The position numbers and the translations under genes are program-made. The notes beneath the pieces are model-generated. The model did no database searches. It saw only the letters and a list, made by a program, of their open reading frames with translations, and was not told the origin of the DNA. Below are positions 18,698-28,695 of a DNA stretch of 54,595 bases, piece by piece. The stretch is from Chitinophaga pinensis (GTDB lineage: Bacteria; Bacteroidota; Bacteroidia; NS11-12g; UBA955). The DNA lies in NCBI GenBank assembly GCA_945860565.1, contig CAMAQS010000006.1, forward strand, positions 1 through 54,595, written 5' to 3'. Position 1 is the first letter of the stretch; every line of letters begins with the position of its first letter.

Positions 18698-19432
18698 ATG
18701 TCATCTACGCCAAAGTACCTCGTCATAATTCCAACCTACAATGAAATCGAAAACATTGAACGGATGATTCACACCGTGATGGCGTTAGAAAAAAACATTG
18801 ATTTATTGGTGGTGGATGACAATTCACCAGACGGAACTGGAGATGTTGTAAAAAAACACTTTGCCACTTATCCTGAGTCCTTATATATTCTCGAAAGAAA
18901 AGAAAAAAACGGATTGGGCACGGCATATATCGCTGGATTTCATTGGGCATTAGACCGTGAATATGATTATATCTGTGAAATGGATTGCGACTTTTCTCAT
19001 CCAGTAGACCAACTGCCAAAACTTATAGAAGTGTGCGAGAATGGCGCCGATGTATGTGTTGGTTCTAGGTATTATGGTGGTGTTGTAAACGTGGTAAACT
19101 GGCCAATGGGAAGGGTTTTAATGAGTTATTATGCCAGCAAATATGTACAGTTTGTAACTGGATTAGACATTGCTGATACCACTGCTGGATTTGTTTGTTA
19201 CAAACGAAAAGTACTAGAAAGTATTGGCATAGACGATATTAAGTTCAGAGGGTATGCATTCCAAATTGAAATGAAATTCCGCACAAAACGCAAAGGTTTT
19301 ATTCTGAAGGAGCATCCCATAATATTTACAGACAGAACTGCTGGCACTTCCAAAATGAGCACCAAAATATTCCGTGAAGCCTTATTTGGCGTTTTGGAAT
19401 TAAAAATTAAAAGCATTTTCGGTAGGCTTTAA
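18698..19432 (+). CDS. polyprenol monophosphomannose synthase (GT2, DPM1-like)
   Basis: IIPTYNE, VVDDNSPDGT, GLGTAY..GF, EMDCDFSH, GYAFQIE, FTDRTAGTSKM. Start at ATG 18698 after TATTTTTG. Confidence 0.9.
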   Translation: MSSTPKYLVIIPTYNEIENIERMIHTVMALEKNIDLLVVDDNSPDGTGDVVKKHFATYPESLYILERKEKNGLGTAYIAGFHWALDREYDYICEMDCDFSHPVDQLPKLIEVCENGADVCVGSRYYGGVVNVVNWPMGRVLMSYYASKYVQFVTGLDIADTTAGFVCYKRKVLESIGIDDIKFRGYAFQIEMKFRTKRKGFILKEHPIIFTDRTAGTSKMSTKIFREALFGVLELKIKSIFGRL

Positions 19433-19572
19433 TTTTTCTTCGAAAAGTCTGTAGTTTAACAATATAATGCCTGTGGCTTTTCTAGCCCAACTAGAGGCTG
19501 CACCGCATCTACATAATGTAAAAATAATTTCAAATTTTGTAACCGTCATTGTATTTTTTGTATTATTGGAAC

Positions 19573-20163
19573 ATGAAATTAAAAATTGTTTTAAGTGCAT
19601 TGGTAGCAATCGCGGTTGCATCATGCGGTATTACACGTGAACGCGATGGTTTTGGCGGCGGATTTGGTTCCGGTAAAAAATGTGATAAAGAATGTGGAAC
19701 TCCGAATTCAACAACTAAAGTTGAAGGAAATTCTACTGTTAAAGATTTAGCAGAAAGCTCTTTGAAAGTTGAAAACACTGCCATTGAAACCACTGCAGTT
19801 ATAGCTACAGCAGAAGCCAAAGCGGAAATCAAAAAAGCAATTGCCGCAAAACAAACATTTGCTCAAAAAGTGGCCACTAAAATGGCAGTTAGAGCAGCCG
19901 CAAAATATGCACCGGCCAAAGTTAAAAAGGCAGTGGCAAAAAACAGTGGCGCTGGCAATTACGACGATGAAATCTTGATTGCAATTATATTGTGCTTTTT
20001 TACAGGTGTCTGGGGTATTCACCGTTTCTATTTAGGCTACAATCTTATTGGGTTAATCCAATTGCTCACATTGGGAGGTTGCGGAATTTGGTTCGTAATC
20101 GACTTTATACGGTTGATTATAGGTGATTTAGAAGCCAATACTGGGGATCCTTGGTCATTATAA
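19573..20163 (+). CDS. TM2-domain protein with N-terminal lipoprotein signal
   Basis: MKLKIVLSALVAIAVAS-C, Ala/Lys-rich linker, TM2 motif LCFFTGVWGIHRFYLG...LLTLGGCGIW..IDFI. Confidence 0.85.
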   Translation: MKLKIVLSALVAIAVASCGITRERDGFGGGFGSGKKCDKECGTPNSTTKVEGNSTVKDLAESSLKVENTAIETTAVIATAEAKAEIKKAIAAKQTFAQKVATKMAVRAAAKYAPAKVKKAVAKNSGAGNYDDEILIAIILCFFTGVWGIHRFYLGYNLIGLIQLLTLGGCGIWFVIDFIRLIIGDLEANTGDPWSL

Positions 20164-20220
20164 GCATCATTTAAGGCAGTTAGATTAGACTTAAAACTTT
20201 TCTAAACTTTGCCAAAATAC

Positions 20221-20253
20221 AAAGGCGTCAAACTACAATTTGGCGCCTTTTTT
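20221..20253 (+). terminator. rho-independent terminator
   Basis: AAAGGCGTCAAA-CTACAA-TTTGGCGCCTTT followed by a T run. Confidence 0.75.
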
Positions 20254-20270
20254 ATTGTAAATTTGTTTAA

Positions 20271-20591
20271 ATGAAAGTTTCTAATAAAGAAACCCGACGG
20301 AATATTCAATCAGGAATTATTCTTATAGTTCCGTTTATTCTCTGGATACTGCCGGCCAACTTTTTTGATACGGGACAAAGCATTTGTATCAGTAAACTTT
20401 TAATGGACAGAGATTGTCCAGGTTGTGGCATTACCAGGGCTGTGCAACATGCCATGCACGGTGAATTCACTTTGGCCTTTGGCTTCAATAAGGTTATAAT
20501 TGTACTATTGCCCTTGTTTGTTTTTATCTATTTACGTCTGGCACGTGACACAATTAGACGGTTAAAAACAAGATTTAACCGCAATCAATGA
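20271..20591 (+). CDS. DUF2752-family membrane protein
   Basis: SICI...CPGCGITRA..H...AFGFN motif between two TM segments. Confidence 0.88.
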   Translation: MKVSNKETRRNIQSGIILIVPFILWILPANFFDTGQSICISKLLMDRDCPGCGITRAVQHAMHGEFTLAFGFNKVIIVLLPLFVFIYLRLARDTIRRLKTRFNRNQ

Positions 20592-20667
20592 TTGGGATTT
20601 TAAAATAAATTGTACCTTTGCACCTCGATTTTCATGGATTCAGAACCTCGAAGTAATAATTTGAACA

Positions 20668-21615
20668 ATGCGCGTTTACTTCAAACGACAGAACCGCGTG
20701 CACAAAGTGCAGACATTGGCTCAGCTAGAGTCAATGGAGGGTGTAGTATGGATTGATTTACAGAATCCCACTCCGGCTGAAATTAGCGATGTAGAAGCAA
20801 ATTTTGAATTCAAATTCCAAAGTCGACAACAGCAAATCGAAATTGAAAGTTCCTCGCGGTATTTTGAAACCGATGATGAAATCATTGCAAACAGCAACTT
20901 TCTTCAATTTAATACAGAAGGCAACCATTTTTTATCGAATGCCGTTTCTTTTATCTTACAAGATGAAATTTTGTTTACCTATCGAGACTCCGATTTAACG
21001 GCTTTTTCCGATACGGTAAAAAAAATAAAAGGCAGCGGACGGTTCTTTCACTCCGGCAAACAAATTATGGCCACTTTGTTGGAAGTGGGAGTTGACAATG
21101 ACGCCGATTTGTTGGAAAACATATCTAGGCAAGTAACTGAATTGTGGAAAGTCGTTGGTTTTGGAGGAAATCCAGACGAAGAACTCATCTTACGCATTTC
21201 TAGGGTACAAGAAATGACCATGGAAATCCGTCAGAATGCGGTCGATAAACAAAGGGTACTTTCAGCAATTTTAAAAAGCCGCGAATTTGAAGGTGAAGAT
21301 TATGAGCGTCTGCGCATTGTAATTAAAGACATCAATTCGCTGATAGATCATGCCAATTTTACCTTTCAGCGACTTGAATACTTGCAAAATACATTTATGG
21401 GCCTTGTAAATATTGAGCAAAATAAAATCATCAAGATTTTTACGGTTGCCAGTGTTATTTTCATGCCTCCAACCTTAATTGCCAGTATTTACGGTACCAA
21501 TTTTGAATTTATAGAAGTCTATAAATGGAAATATGGATTTTCTTTGGCCGTATTATTGATGATTCTTTCATCTTTAGGGACTTTGTATTTCTTCCGTCGT
21601 AAAAAATGGTTATAA
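20668..21615 (+). CDS. corA: magnesium/cobalt transporter CorA
   Basis: VWIDL..P, EIESSSRY, EQNKIIKIFT..SVIFMPPTLIASIYGTNF (GMN variant GTN), C-terminal FRRKKWL. Confidence 0.92.
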   Translation: MRVYFKRQNRVHKVQTLAQLESMEGVVWIDLQNPTPAEISDVEANFEFKFQSRQQQIEIESSSRYFETDDEIIANSNFLQFNTEGNHFLSNAVSFILQDEILFTYRDSDLTAFSDTVKKIKGSGRFFHSGKQIMATLLEVGVDNDADLLENISRQVTELWKVVGFGGNPDEELILRISRVQEMTMEIRQNAVDKQRVLSAILKSREFEGEDYERLRIVIKDINSLIDHANFTFQRLEYLQNTFMGLVNIEQNKIIKIFTVASVIFMPPTLIASIYGTNFEFIEVYKWKYGFSLAVLLMILSSLGTLYFFRRKKWL

Positions 21616-21639
21616 ACACCAAACTATCTTACTTTTTTA

Positions 21640-22131
21640 TTGTTACCTATTGAAATGAAAGCATTGCTTTTTGGATTGTTATTTTTAAGCATCAAGCCAG
21701 ACTTCATGGTTATTCGCAGTGAATACCGTGCAGCTCTCACATCCCCCAAACACATACAAACATTAAAGTCGAGCACAAAACCCCATATCCAAGATGCATT
21801 GTCTTTGGCTTATTATGCCACCGCAGTTGCTTTGGAAGCAAGGGAATCTTCGTGGGTGCCTACAAAAATAAAATTGGCCAATTCTGCCCATGACCTTTTG
21901 AACAAAGCCGTTACAAAAGACCCGAACTCAATAGAAATTCGTTTCTTACGTTTTAGTTTTCAAGCAAATACGCCTTCCATGCTTGGTTTACAAACGCATG
22001 TTACTGCCGATAAAACTTTTTTATTGGCCAACATACAAACATCACACCCCATGTGGGATGTGATGCATGCATATTATAAACAATGTTCTGCGTTTAGTAC
22101 TACTGAGAAACAGCGCTTGAATCGTCTGTAA
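21640..22131 (+). CDS. hypothetical exported helical protein (EIRFLR family)
   Basis: Signal-like N-terminus (ATG 21655 alternative) and [22 protein letters not shown]...DK.FL. Overlaps the pgk 3' end by 32 nt. Confidence 0.65.
   Translation: MLPIEMKALLFGLLFLSIKPDFMVIRSEYRAALTSPKHIQTLKSSTKPHIQDALSLAYYATAVALEARESSWVPTKIKLANSAHDLLNKAVTKDPNSIEIRFLRFSFQANTPSMLGLQTHVTADKTFLLANIQTSHPMWDVMHAYYKQCSAFSTTEKQRLNRL
21740..21750 (+). repeat. over-represented motif CATCCCCCAAA, exact copy
   Basis: Read directly. Encodes TSPK in the host ORF. Confidence 0.7.
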
Positions 22132-23314
22132 TGGCTGCAATGCCGGGAAGTACTTTACCTTCAAAATATTCAAGCAATGCTCCACCACCGGTAGACACGT
22201 AACTTACTTGATTTTCAAATCCAAATTTATGCACTGCGGCAGCGCTATCTCCGCCACCAATTAAGCTAAAACTTCCGTTATCAGTGGCTTTTGCTACTGC
22301 TTCTGCAATGGTTTTGGTGCCATTTGCAAATGCATCCATTTCGAACACCCCCATTGGTCCATTCCACAAAATGGTTTTACTGTTTGCCACAACTTCTGAA
22401 AAAGCAGATTGCGCTTGTTTTCCAATATCCAATCCCATCCAACCTGATGGAATGTTTCCACTGGCTACATTTTGAGTGTTGGCATCTGCGGCGAAGGCAT
22501 CGGCAATAACTGAGTCTTCTGGTAAATGAATTGACACTCCTTTTTCTTTTGCTCTTTCTAGTATTTCAATGCATGTATCCAAACGTTCCATTTCACACAA
22601 GGAGTTTCCAATTTCACCACCTTGAGCTTTGAAAAACGTGTAAGCCATCCCTCCACCAATAATAATGTGATCGGCTATATTCAATAAATTCTCTACAATC
22701 AGAATTTTATCTGAAACTTTTGCTCCTCCAACGATGGCGGTAAAAGGTCTTTCCGGATTTCCAACAACTTTTTGTGCATTTGCAACTTCTTGTCCCATTA
22801 CATAACCAAAAGACTTTTTATCCGGAAAAAATTCGGCAATAATGGCGGTTGAGGCGTGTGCTCTATGTGCAGTTCCAAAAGCATCGTTCATATAAAATGT
22901 ACCAAGTGATGCCAATTTCTTTGCAAACTCTTTGTCGCCTTTTTCTTCTTCTTTATAAAACCTTAAATTTTCAAGAAGCAATACTTCACCTGCTTTTAAG
23001 TTTGCCGCAAGATTAACGGCAGATTCGCCGATACAATCATCGGCAAATTGCACTTCTGTGCCCAACAATTCCGACAAATGTGCCAAAATATGCTTTAAAG
23101 AATACTTTTCTGTAGGCCCTTCTTTGGGTCTACCTAAATGACTCATAAGGATTACCGATCCACCATCACTCAAAATCTTCTGAATGGTAGGTACTACGGC
23201 GGTCATTCTAGAATCGTCGGTAATTTCAAATTTTTCGTTTAGGGGGACGTTAAAATCTACCCGAACGAGTACTTTTTCACCGTCGAAATTTTGTTGTTCA
23301 ATTGCATTTTTCAT
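22100..23314 (-). CDS. pgk: phosphoglycerate kinase
   Basis: [55 protein letters not shown]. Confidence 0.98.
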   Translation of the reverse strand: MKNAIEQQNFDGEKVLVRVDFNVPLNEKFEITDDSRMTAVVPTIQKILSDGGSVILMSHLGRPKEGPTEKYSLKHILAHLSELLGTEVQFADDCIGESAVNLAANLKAGEVLLLENLRFYKEEEKGDKEFAKKLASLGTFYMNDAFGTAHRAHASTAIIAEFFPDKKSFGYVMGQEVANAQKVVGNPERPFTAIVGGAKVSDKILIVENLLNIADHIIIGGGMAYTFFKAQGGEIGNSLCEMERLDTCIEILERAKEKGVSIHLPEDSVIADAFAADANTQNVASGNIPSGWMGLDIGKQAQSAFSEVVANSKTILWNGPMGVFEMDAFANGTKTIAEAVAKATDNGSFSLIGGGDSAAAVHKFGFENQVSYVSTGGGALLEYFEGKVLPGIAAITDDSSAVSQ

Positions 23315-23320
23315 ATAAGA

Positions 23321-24856
23321 TTATAAACTTTTAAGTAGTTGATTCATTCCTGTTTCCTTTGCTAAAATGGCGCTTAGAGATTCTATTTTCACCCGCTCTT
23401 GAATCATGGTGTCACGATGTCTAATCGTTACCATGCCATCACTTAAACTATCGTGATCTATGGTAACACAAAAAGGGGTTCCAATGGCATCCATTCTTCT
23501 GTAGCGTTTTCCAATGCTGTCTTTATCCTCAATAAAAACGTTGAAATCGCAACGTAAATCGTTGTATATCTGTTCTGCCAATTCTGGAAGTCCATCTTTT
23601 TTCACAAGGGGTAAAATGGCACATTTTATGGGGGCAATGGCAGGATGAAGCCTTAAGACCACCCTGGTATCTCCATCCACTTGTTCTTCTTGATAAGACT
23701 GGCACATGGTGAGTAAAAAGAGTCGATCTAAGCCTATGCTCGTTTCTACGACATACGGAATATAACTTTCATTGGTTTCGGCATCGAAGTACCTCAACTT
23801 TTTGCCACTAAATTCTTCGTGTTTTCCCAAATCAAAATCTGTCCGTGAGTGAATTCCTTCCACTTCTTTAAATCCGAAAGGAAAATCAAACTCAATGTCT
23901 ACCGCAGCGTTTGCGTAATGGGCCAATTTCACATGGTCGTGAAAGCGGTATTTTTCGGCTGGAGTGCCAAGTGCTTTGTGCCAAGCAATGCGTTTTTCTT
24001 TCCAATATTCGTACCATTGCAATTCGGTACCCGGTTTACAGAAAAACTGCATTTCCATTTGTTCGAATTCCTTCATACGCATGATAAACTGACGGGCCAC
24101 AATTTCATTTCGGAACGCTTTACCTGTTTGAGCAATACCAAAAGGCAGTTTTAGACGGCCTGTTTTTTGAACATTTAAATAATTCACAAAAATTCCTTGT
24201 GCTGTTTCAGGACGAAGATATAAGGCATCTTCTCCCCCATCGGCTGCACTCATTTGGGTAGAATACATGAGGTTAAACTGACGCACATCGGTCCAATTTT
24301 TTGAACCGCTAATGGGACAAACAATGCCTTCGTCTTCAATGAGTTTTTTGATAATTTCTAAATTCCCAGACTCTAAACCTTCCTTTAGAATTCCATCCAT
24401 TTCATCGATTTTCGCTTGATATTCAACGACTCTTGGATTGGTATTTCGGTACATTTCAGCATCAAAAGTTTCACCAAATCGTTTGGCGGCTTTCTCTATT
24501 TCCTTGGCTATTTTTTGGCGGATTTTTTCTTGATGGTCTTCAATAAGCACATCGGCTCTGTAGCGTTTCTTACTGTCTTTATTGTCAATCATCGGGTCGT
24601 TAAATCCGTCGACGTGACCACTTGCTTTCCATATCTTCGGATGCATAAAGATGGCCGAATCCAAACCAACAATGTTTTGATTTAATCTGGTCATGGATAA
24701 ATACCAAAATTGGCGCAAATTGTTGCGCAATTCCACCCCATTCTGACCGTAATCGTATACCGCAGCTAGCCCTCCATAGATGTCGCTACTTGGAAATACA
24801 AAACCGTATTCTTTGGCGTGTGAAACGATTTTATCAAATAGATTTATATCACTCAT
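23321..24856 (-). CDS. glyQS: glycine--tRNA ligase (alpha2 type)
   Basis: IYGGL..YDYG, LRPETAQGIF, GKAFRNEI, EFEQMEMQFF, SRTDFDL, IGKRYRR.D. Start at ATG 24856 after TATCTTTG. Confidence 0.96.
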   Translation of the reverse strand: MSDINLFDKIVSHAKEYGFVFPSSDIYGGLAAVYDYGQNGVELRNNLRQFWYLSMTRLNQNIVGLDSAIFMHPKIWKASGHVDGFNDPMIDNKDSKKRYRADVLIEDHQEKIRQKIAKEIEKAAKRFGETFDAEMYRNTNPRVVEYQAKIDEMDGILKEGLESGNLEIIKKLIEDEGIVCPISGSKNWTDVRQFNLMYSTQMSAADGGEDALYLRPETAQGIFVNYLNVQKTGRLKLPFGIAQTGKAFRNEIVARQFIMRMKEFEQMEMQFFCKPGTELQWYEYWKEKRIAWHKALGTPAEKYRFHDHVKLAHYANAAVDIEFDFPFGFKEVEGIHSRTDFDLGKHEEFSGKKLRYFDAETNESYIPYVVETSIGLDRLFLLTMCQSYQEEQVDGDTRVVLRLHPAIAPIKCAILPLVKKDGLPELAEQIYNDLRCDFNVFIEDKDSIGKRYRRMDAIGTPFCVTIDHDSLSDGMVTIRHRDTMIQERVKIESLSAILAKETGMNQLLKSL

Positions 24857-25148
24857 ATTCTGGCGCAAAGATAGTTATTTTTAAATCTGTAGACCCAAAA
24901 TGAACACTTCAACCCAGAATATGCACTAGAAAATCTTTTACGACCACAAATCCCTTTAAAATTGGGTGTTTCACTCACTTTGTTTCGGTCTCCATTTCGA
25001 TGAAATATGCTTCCCTGTCCAAAGTGCGATTTCTTTAAGCTTTAAGCACTCATGACGAAATTTCAATGAATTATCTGGGTTGAAAAATTCACAAAGCATA
25101 CAGAATGGTTGATATCTTAATGCCAATGTCTTAGATTTGAAAAACAAT

Positions 25149-26096
25149 ATGACACAAAACATAACACTACAAGAAATCATCATTGTCATATTTGCTTTTG
25201 TGCTTACTTTTTTGGGGGGGATAGGCTTGTCATCACTCATTTGGCGAAGGCGCAAAAAGCGCGTATTGCGCAATTTGGAAAAACTCATCACCACAGAACA
25301 GAAAGACTATACCGAATCTCCTGGAGATCCTACGGCCAAAGACATTGAAGAAGCATTTCGTACATTGTTCGTTGCCCGTAAACAAGAATTACAACGCTTA
25401 CAACAATTGGAGAATTACCGCCGAGATTATATTGGCAACGTGGCACACGAGCTAAAAACTCCTCTTTTTTCAATTCAAGGATATATAGAAACCGTGCTTG
25501 ATGAGCCAGAAATGGACCAGAAAACCCGTCAAAACTTTCTTAAAAAAGCAGATAAAAACGCCACACGGCTTGGACAAATTGTCAGTGATTTGGATTCTAT
25601 CACAAAGTTTGAAAGTGGATTTTTAAGCATTGATTTAAATCCGTTTAACATGCTTGAATTGATTCATCAAGTTATGGAGGACATCGAAATTCAAGCGGCT
25701 CAGAAAGAAATAAGTTTATCCGTTCAAATAAAAACAGACTTCACCATTGTTTTGGGAGACCGTTCGAGAATACGTCAAGTATTGGTAAATTTAGGCTATA
25801 ACTCCATTAAATATGGCAAACAAAAAGGCAGTACCCATTTCATCATTTACGATACAGGCGAAAAAATAATCGTAGAAGTTGCCGACAATGGCATTGGAAT
25901 TCCCACCCAACATATTGGTCGCATTTTTGAGCGTTTTTATCGTGTTGATGCAGACCGTAACAGAGAAACAGGTGGAAGTGGATTGGGTTTAAGTATATGT
26001 AAACACATTATTGAAGCCCATGGCGAAACAATAAAAGTCATTAGCTCTGAAGGTGCTGGATCTTCATTTAGTTTTGCCCTACCGAAACACAAGTAA
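25149..26096 (+). CDS. PhoR-like sensor histidine kinase (one TM, HisKA + HATPase_c)
   Basis: NVAHELKTPL, N-box NSIKY, DNGIGI, IFERFYRVD, GSGLGLSI. Confidence 0.93.
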   Translation: MTQNITLQEIIIVIFAFVLTFLGGIGLSSLIWRRRKKRVLRNLEKLITTEQKDYTESPGDPTAKDIEEAFRTLFVARKQELQRLQQLENYRRDYIGNVAHELKTPLFSIQGYIETVLDEPEMDQKTRQNFLKKADKNATRLGQIVSDLDSITKFESGFLSIDLNPFNMLELIHQVMEDIEIQAAQKEISLSVQIKTDFTIVLGDRSRIRQVLVNLGYNSIKYGKQKGSTHFIIYDTGEKIIVEVADNGIGIPTQHIGRIFERFYRVDADRNRETGGSGLGLSICKHIIEAHGETIKVISSEGAGSSFSFALPKHK

Positions 26097-26197
26097 TAAG
26101 CGATTTTCGCAAAAGGTTTTTACCATTTTTGCGCTTTTCGCAAATAATGTTGATATTTCGTTTCTTGGTGGCTGGTGTGATGGATTAAATTTGTAAG

Positions 26198-28498
26198 ATG
26201 ATGCAATGGCCCGACCAACACTCGTCTGATGAAACCCCTCCGTTTTTGGAAAAACTCAATCCCAGTCAGCGTTCAGCCGTTTTGCATACCGAAGGACCAG
26301 TTATGATTATTGCCGGTGCTGGCTCTGGCAAAACCCGTGTACTCACCTTCCGCATTGCGCATATTCTTCATAAAGGAACAGACGCATTTAACATATTGTC
26401 GCTTACATTCACCAATAAAGCCGCCAAAGAAATGCGGAACCGCATTGAAAAACTGGTAGGCAATGAAGCAAAAAACGTGTGGATGGGAACATTTCACAGT
26501 GTCTTTGCCCGTATTTTAAGACAAGAGGCTGACAAGTTGGGCTACCCAAAAACATTTACCATTTACGACACCGAAGACAGTAAAAGTCTAATTAAAAGCA
26601 TCATAAAAGAACTCAATTTAGACGACAAAGTTTACAAAGCCAATCTCGTTTTGGGTCGTATCAGTTTGTCTAAAAACAACCTACTTACTGCAGCCGCTTA
26701 CGCCAACAACGCTGAATTAACCAATTCAGATAAGGCCGCAAACAGACCACTTTTTGGTGAAATCTTTAAAACCTACACCGAACGTTGTTTTAAAGCTGGG
26801 GCAATGGATTTTGATGACATTCTGGTTAATACGTACAAACTTTTAGATACAAACCCAGAAGTATTAAACAAGTGGCAACATAAATTCAAATACATCATGG
26901 TCGATGAGTATCAGGACACCAATCAGGTGCAATACATGATTACCAAAAAATTGGCCGCAGTAAATCAAAATATCTGCGTGGTGGGTGACGATGCCCAAAG
27001 TATTTACGCATTCCGTGGTGCCAATATTCAAAATATTCTGAATTACGAACGCGATTATCCTGATGTAGCGGTGTTTAAACTCGAACAAAATTACCGCAGC
27101 ACCAAAAACATCGTTAATGCAGCGTCTAGTTTAATAGGACACAATAAGAACCAACTAAAAAAGGATATTTGGACTTCCAATGAAGATGGCGACAAAATAA
27201 AAGTCGTCCGCAATCCATCCGACAATGATGAAGGACGCAAAGTGGCATCCTTGATATTTGAAGACAAACACAGTTTGCACCTTCCAAACAAAGCATTTGC
27301 GATTTTATACCGCACAAATGCCCAAAGCAGGGCAATGGAAGAATCCTTGCGACGCCAAAATATCGATTACAAAATATATGGCGGCGTTAGTTTTTATTCG
27401 CGGAAAGAAATCAAGGATTTATTGGCCTATTTAAGGGTCATTATTAATCCCAACGACGAAGAAGCCTTAAAACGCATTATAAATTATCCCGCACGCGGCA
27501 TTGGCGCTACCACCTTAACAAGATTGGCGTATTTGGCAACCACTCAAAATATTGGGATTTGGGAAGTGATATCCCGTGCAAATGAATTTCCAGATATTTC
27601 TTCGGCTGCTTCAAAACTCTCTCATTTTGCAATGATGATTGTCGGCTTTAGAGGCGGGTTAGCCACTAAAAATGCGTATGAATTGGCAACAGAAGTTTCC
27701 AAAAGTACAGGTTTAATGAAAACCCTTTACGAAGACAAATCCATAGAAGGCATTTCACGATATGAAAATACCACAGAATTACTAAATTCAATTCAAGAGT
27801 TTGTAGAAGACGACGAAAGTGAAGACGAAAAAACATTGGCAAATTTCTTGGAAAAAGTGGCGCTTTACACTGACGACGACAAAGAAAAAGACCCAAATAG
27901 AGACTGTGTTTCCCTAATGACCATTCACGCTTCCAAAGGATTGGAATTTCCTGTAGTACATATAGTAGGAATGGAAGAGAACTTATTTCCCTCACAAATG
28001 GCGTTGATGAACCGCAATGAGTTGGAAGAAGAACGTAGACTATTTTATGTGGCCATTACCCGGGCCGAGCAAAAATTGTATTTAAGTTTTGCAACAAGTC
28101 GCTTTAAACATGGAAATTTATTGCATTGCGAACCCTCGCGTTTTTTAGGGGAAATTGAATCTTCGTATTTAGATATGAGTTTATCATCCATGCAAAAACC
28201 AAGTCAATTTCAGGGAAATTCACCCAATCCGGTTGTATTCAAAAGTGAGCCGACACAAAACACCCGAATCTTCACGACACAAAAACCGTCGGTTCCATTG
28301 CCACCCGAAGATCCAAATTTTGTGGCCGCTGATATATCAGAATTGAAAAATGGAGATGCGGTCCAACATCAACGATTTGGCAAAGGCATCGTTGTAATGA
28401 TAGAAGGACAGGGCGACAGTCGGAAAGCCCAAGTAAATTTTGAACAGATTGGAATGAAAACGTTGGTATTGAAATTTGCCAAAATGCGAATACTTTAA
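26198..28498 (+). CDS. pcrA: UvrD/PcrA ATP-dependent DNA helicase
   Basis: AGAGSGKT, TFTNKAA, VDEYQDTN, VGDDAQSIY.FRGA, LEQNYRST, TIHASKGLEF, EERRLFYVAITRA, C-terminal H.RFG.G domain. Confidence 0.94.
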   Translation: MMQWPDQHSSDETPPFLEKLNPSQRSAVLHTEGPVMIIAGAGSGKTRVLTFRIAHILHKGTDAFNILSLTFTNKAAKEMRNRIEKLVGNEAKNVWMGTFHSVFARILRQEADKLGYPKTFTIYDTEDSKSLIKSIIKELNLDDKVYKANLVLGRISLSKNNLLTAAAYANNAELTNSDKAANRPLFGEIFKTYTERCFKAGAMDFDDILVNTYKLLDTNPEVLNKWQHKFKYIMVDEYQDTNQVQYMITKKLAAVNQNICVVGDDAQSIYAFRGANIQNILNYERDYPDVAVFKLEQNYRSTKNIVNAASSLIGHNKNQLKKDIWTSNEDGDKIKVVRNPSDNDEGRKVASLIFEDKHSLHLPNKAFAILYRTNAQSRAMEESLRRQNIDYKIYGGVSFYSRKEIKDLLAYLRVIINPNDEEALKRIINYPARGIGATTLTRLAYLATTQNIGIWEVISRANEFPDISSAASKLSHFAMMIVGFRGGLATKNAYELATEVSKSTGLMKTLYEDKSIEGISRYENTTELLNSIQEFVEDDESEDEKTLANFLEKVALYTDDDKEKDPNRDCVSLMTIHASKGLEFPVVHIVGMEENLFPSQMALMNRNELEEERRLFYVAITRAEQKLYLSFATSRFKHGNLLHCEPSRFLGEIESSYLDMSLSSMQKPSQFQGNSPNPVVFKSEPTQNTRIFTTQKPSVPLPPEDPNFVAADISELKNGDAVQHQRFGKGIVVMIEGQGDSRKAQVNFEQIGMKTLVLKFAKMRIL

Positions 28499-28631
28499 TT
28501 TCTATGTTTGGTATAAAATTGGGGGTTTTGCAATTATTTTATTGAATAAAAATCCAACAGTTTGATTCTAAGTATTTGATACTGGATATAAATGTTACTA
28601 AAAGTGACAAAAATGCGACGTAAATAGTATT

Positions 28632-28653
28632 AAATTCGATATAAATCGAATTT
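28632..28653. promoter_or_regulatory. palindromic operator candidate upstream of the PD40 lipoprotein gene
   Basis: AAATTCGAT-ATAA-ATCGAATTT, a perfect 9-bp inverted repeat, 5 nt upstream of the -7 box TACATTTG (28659-28666). Confidence 0.45.
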
Positions 28654-28695
28654 TTAAGTACATTTGAAAATTAAAATCAAACTTTAAAACCATTT

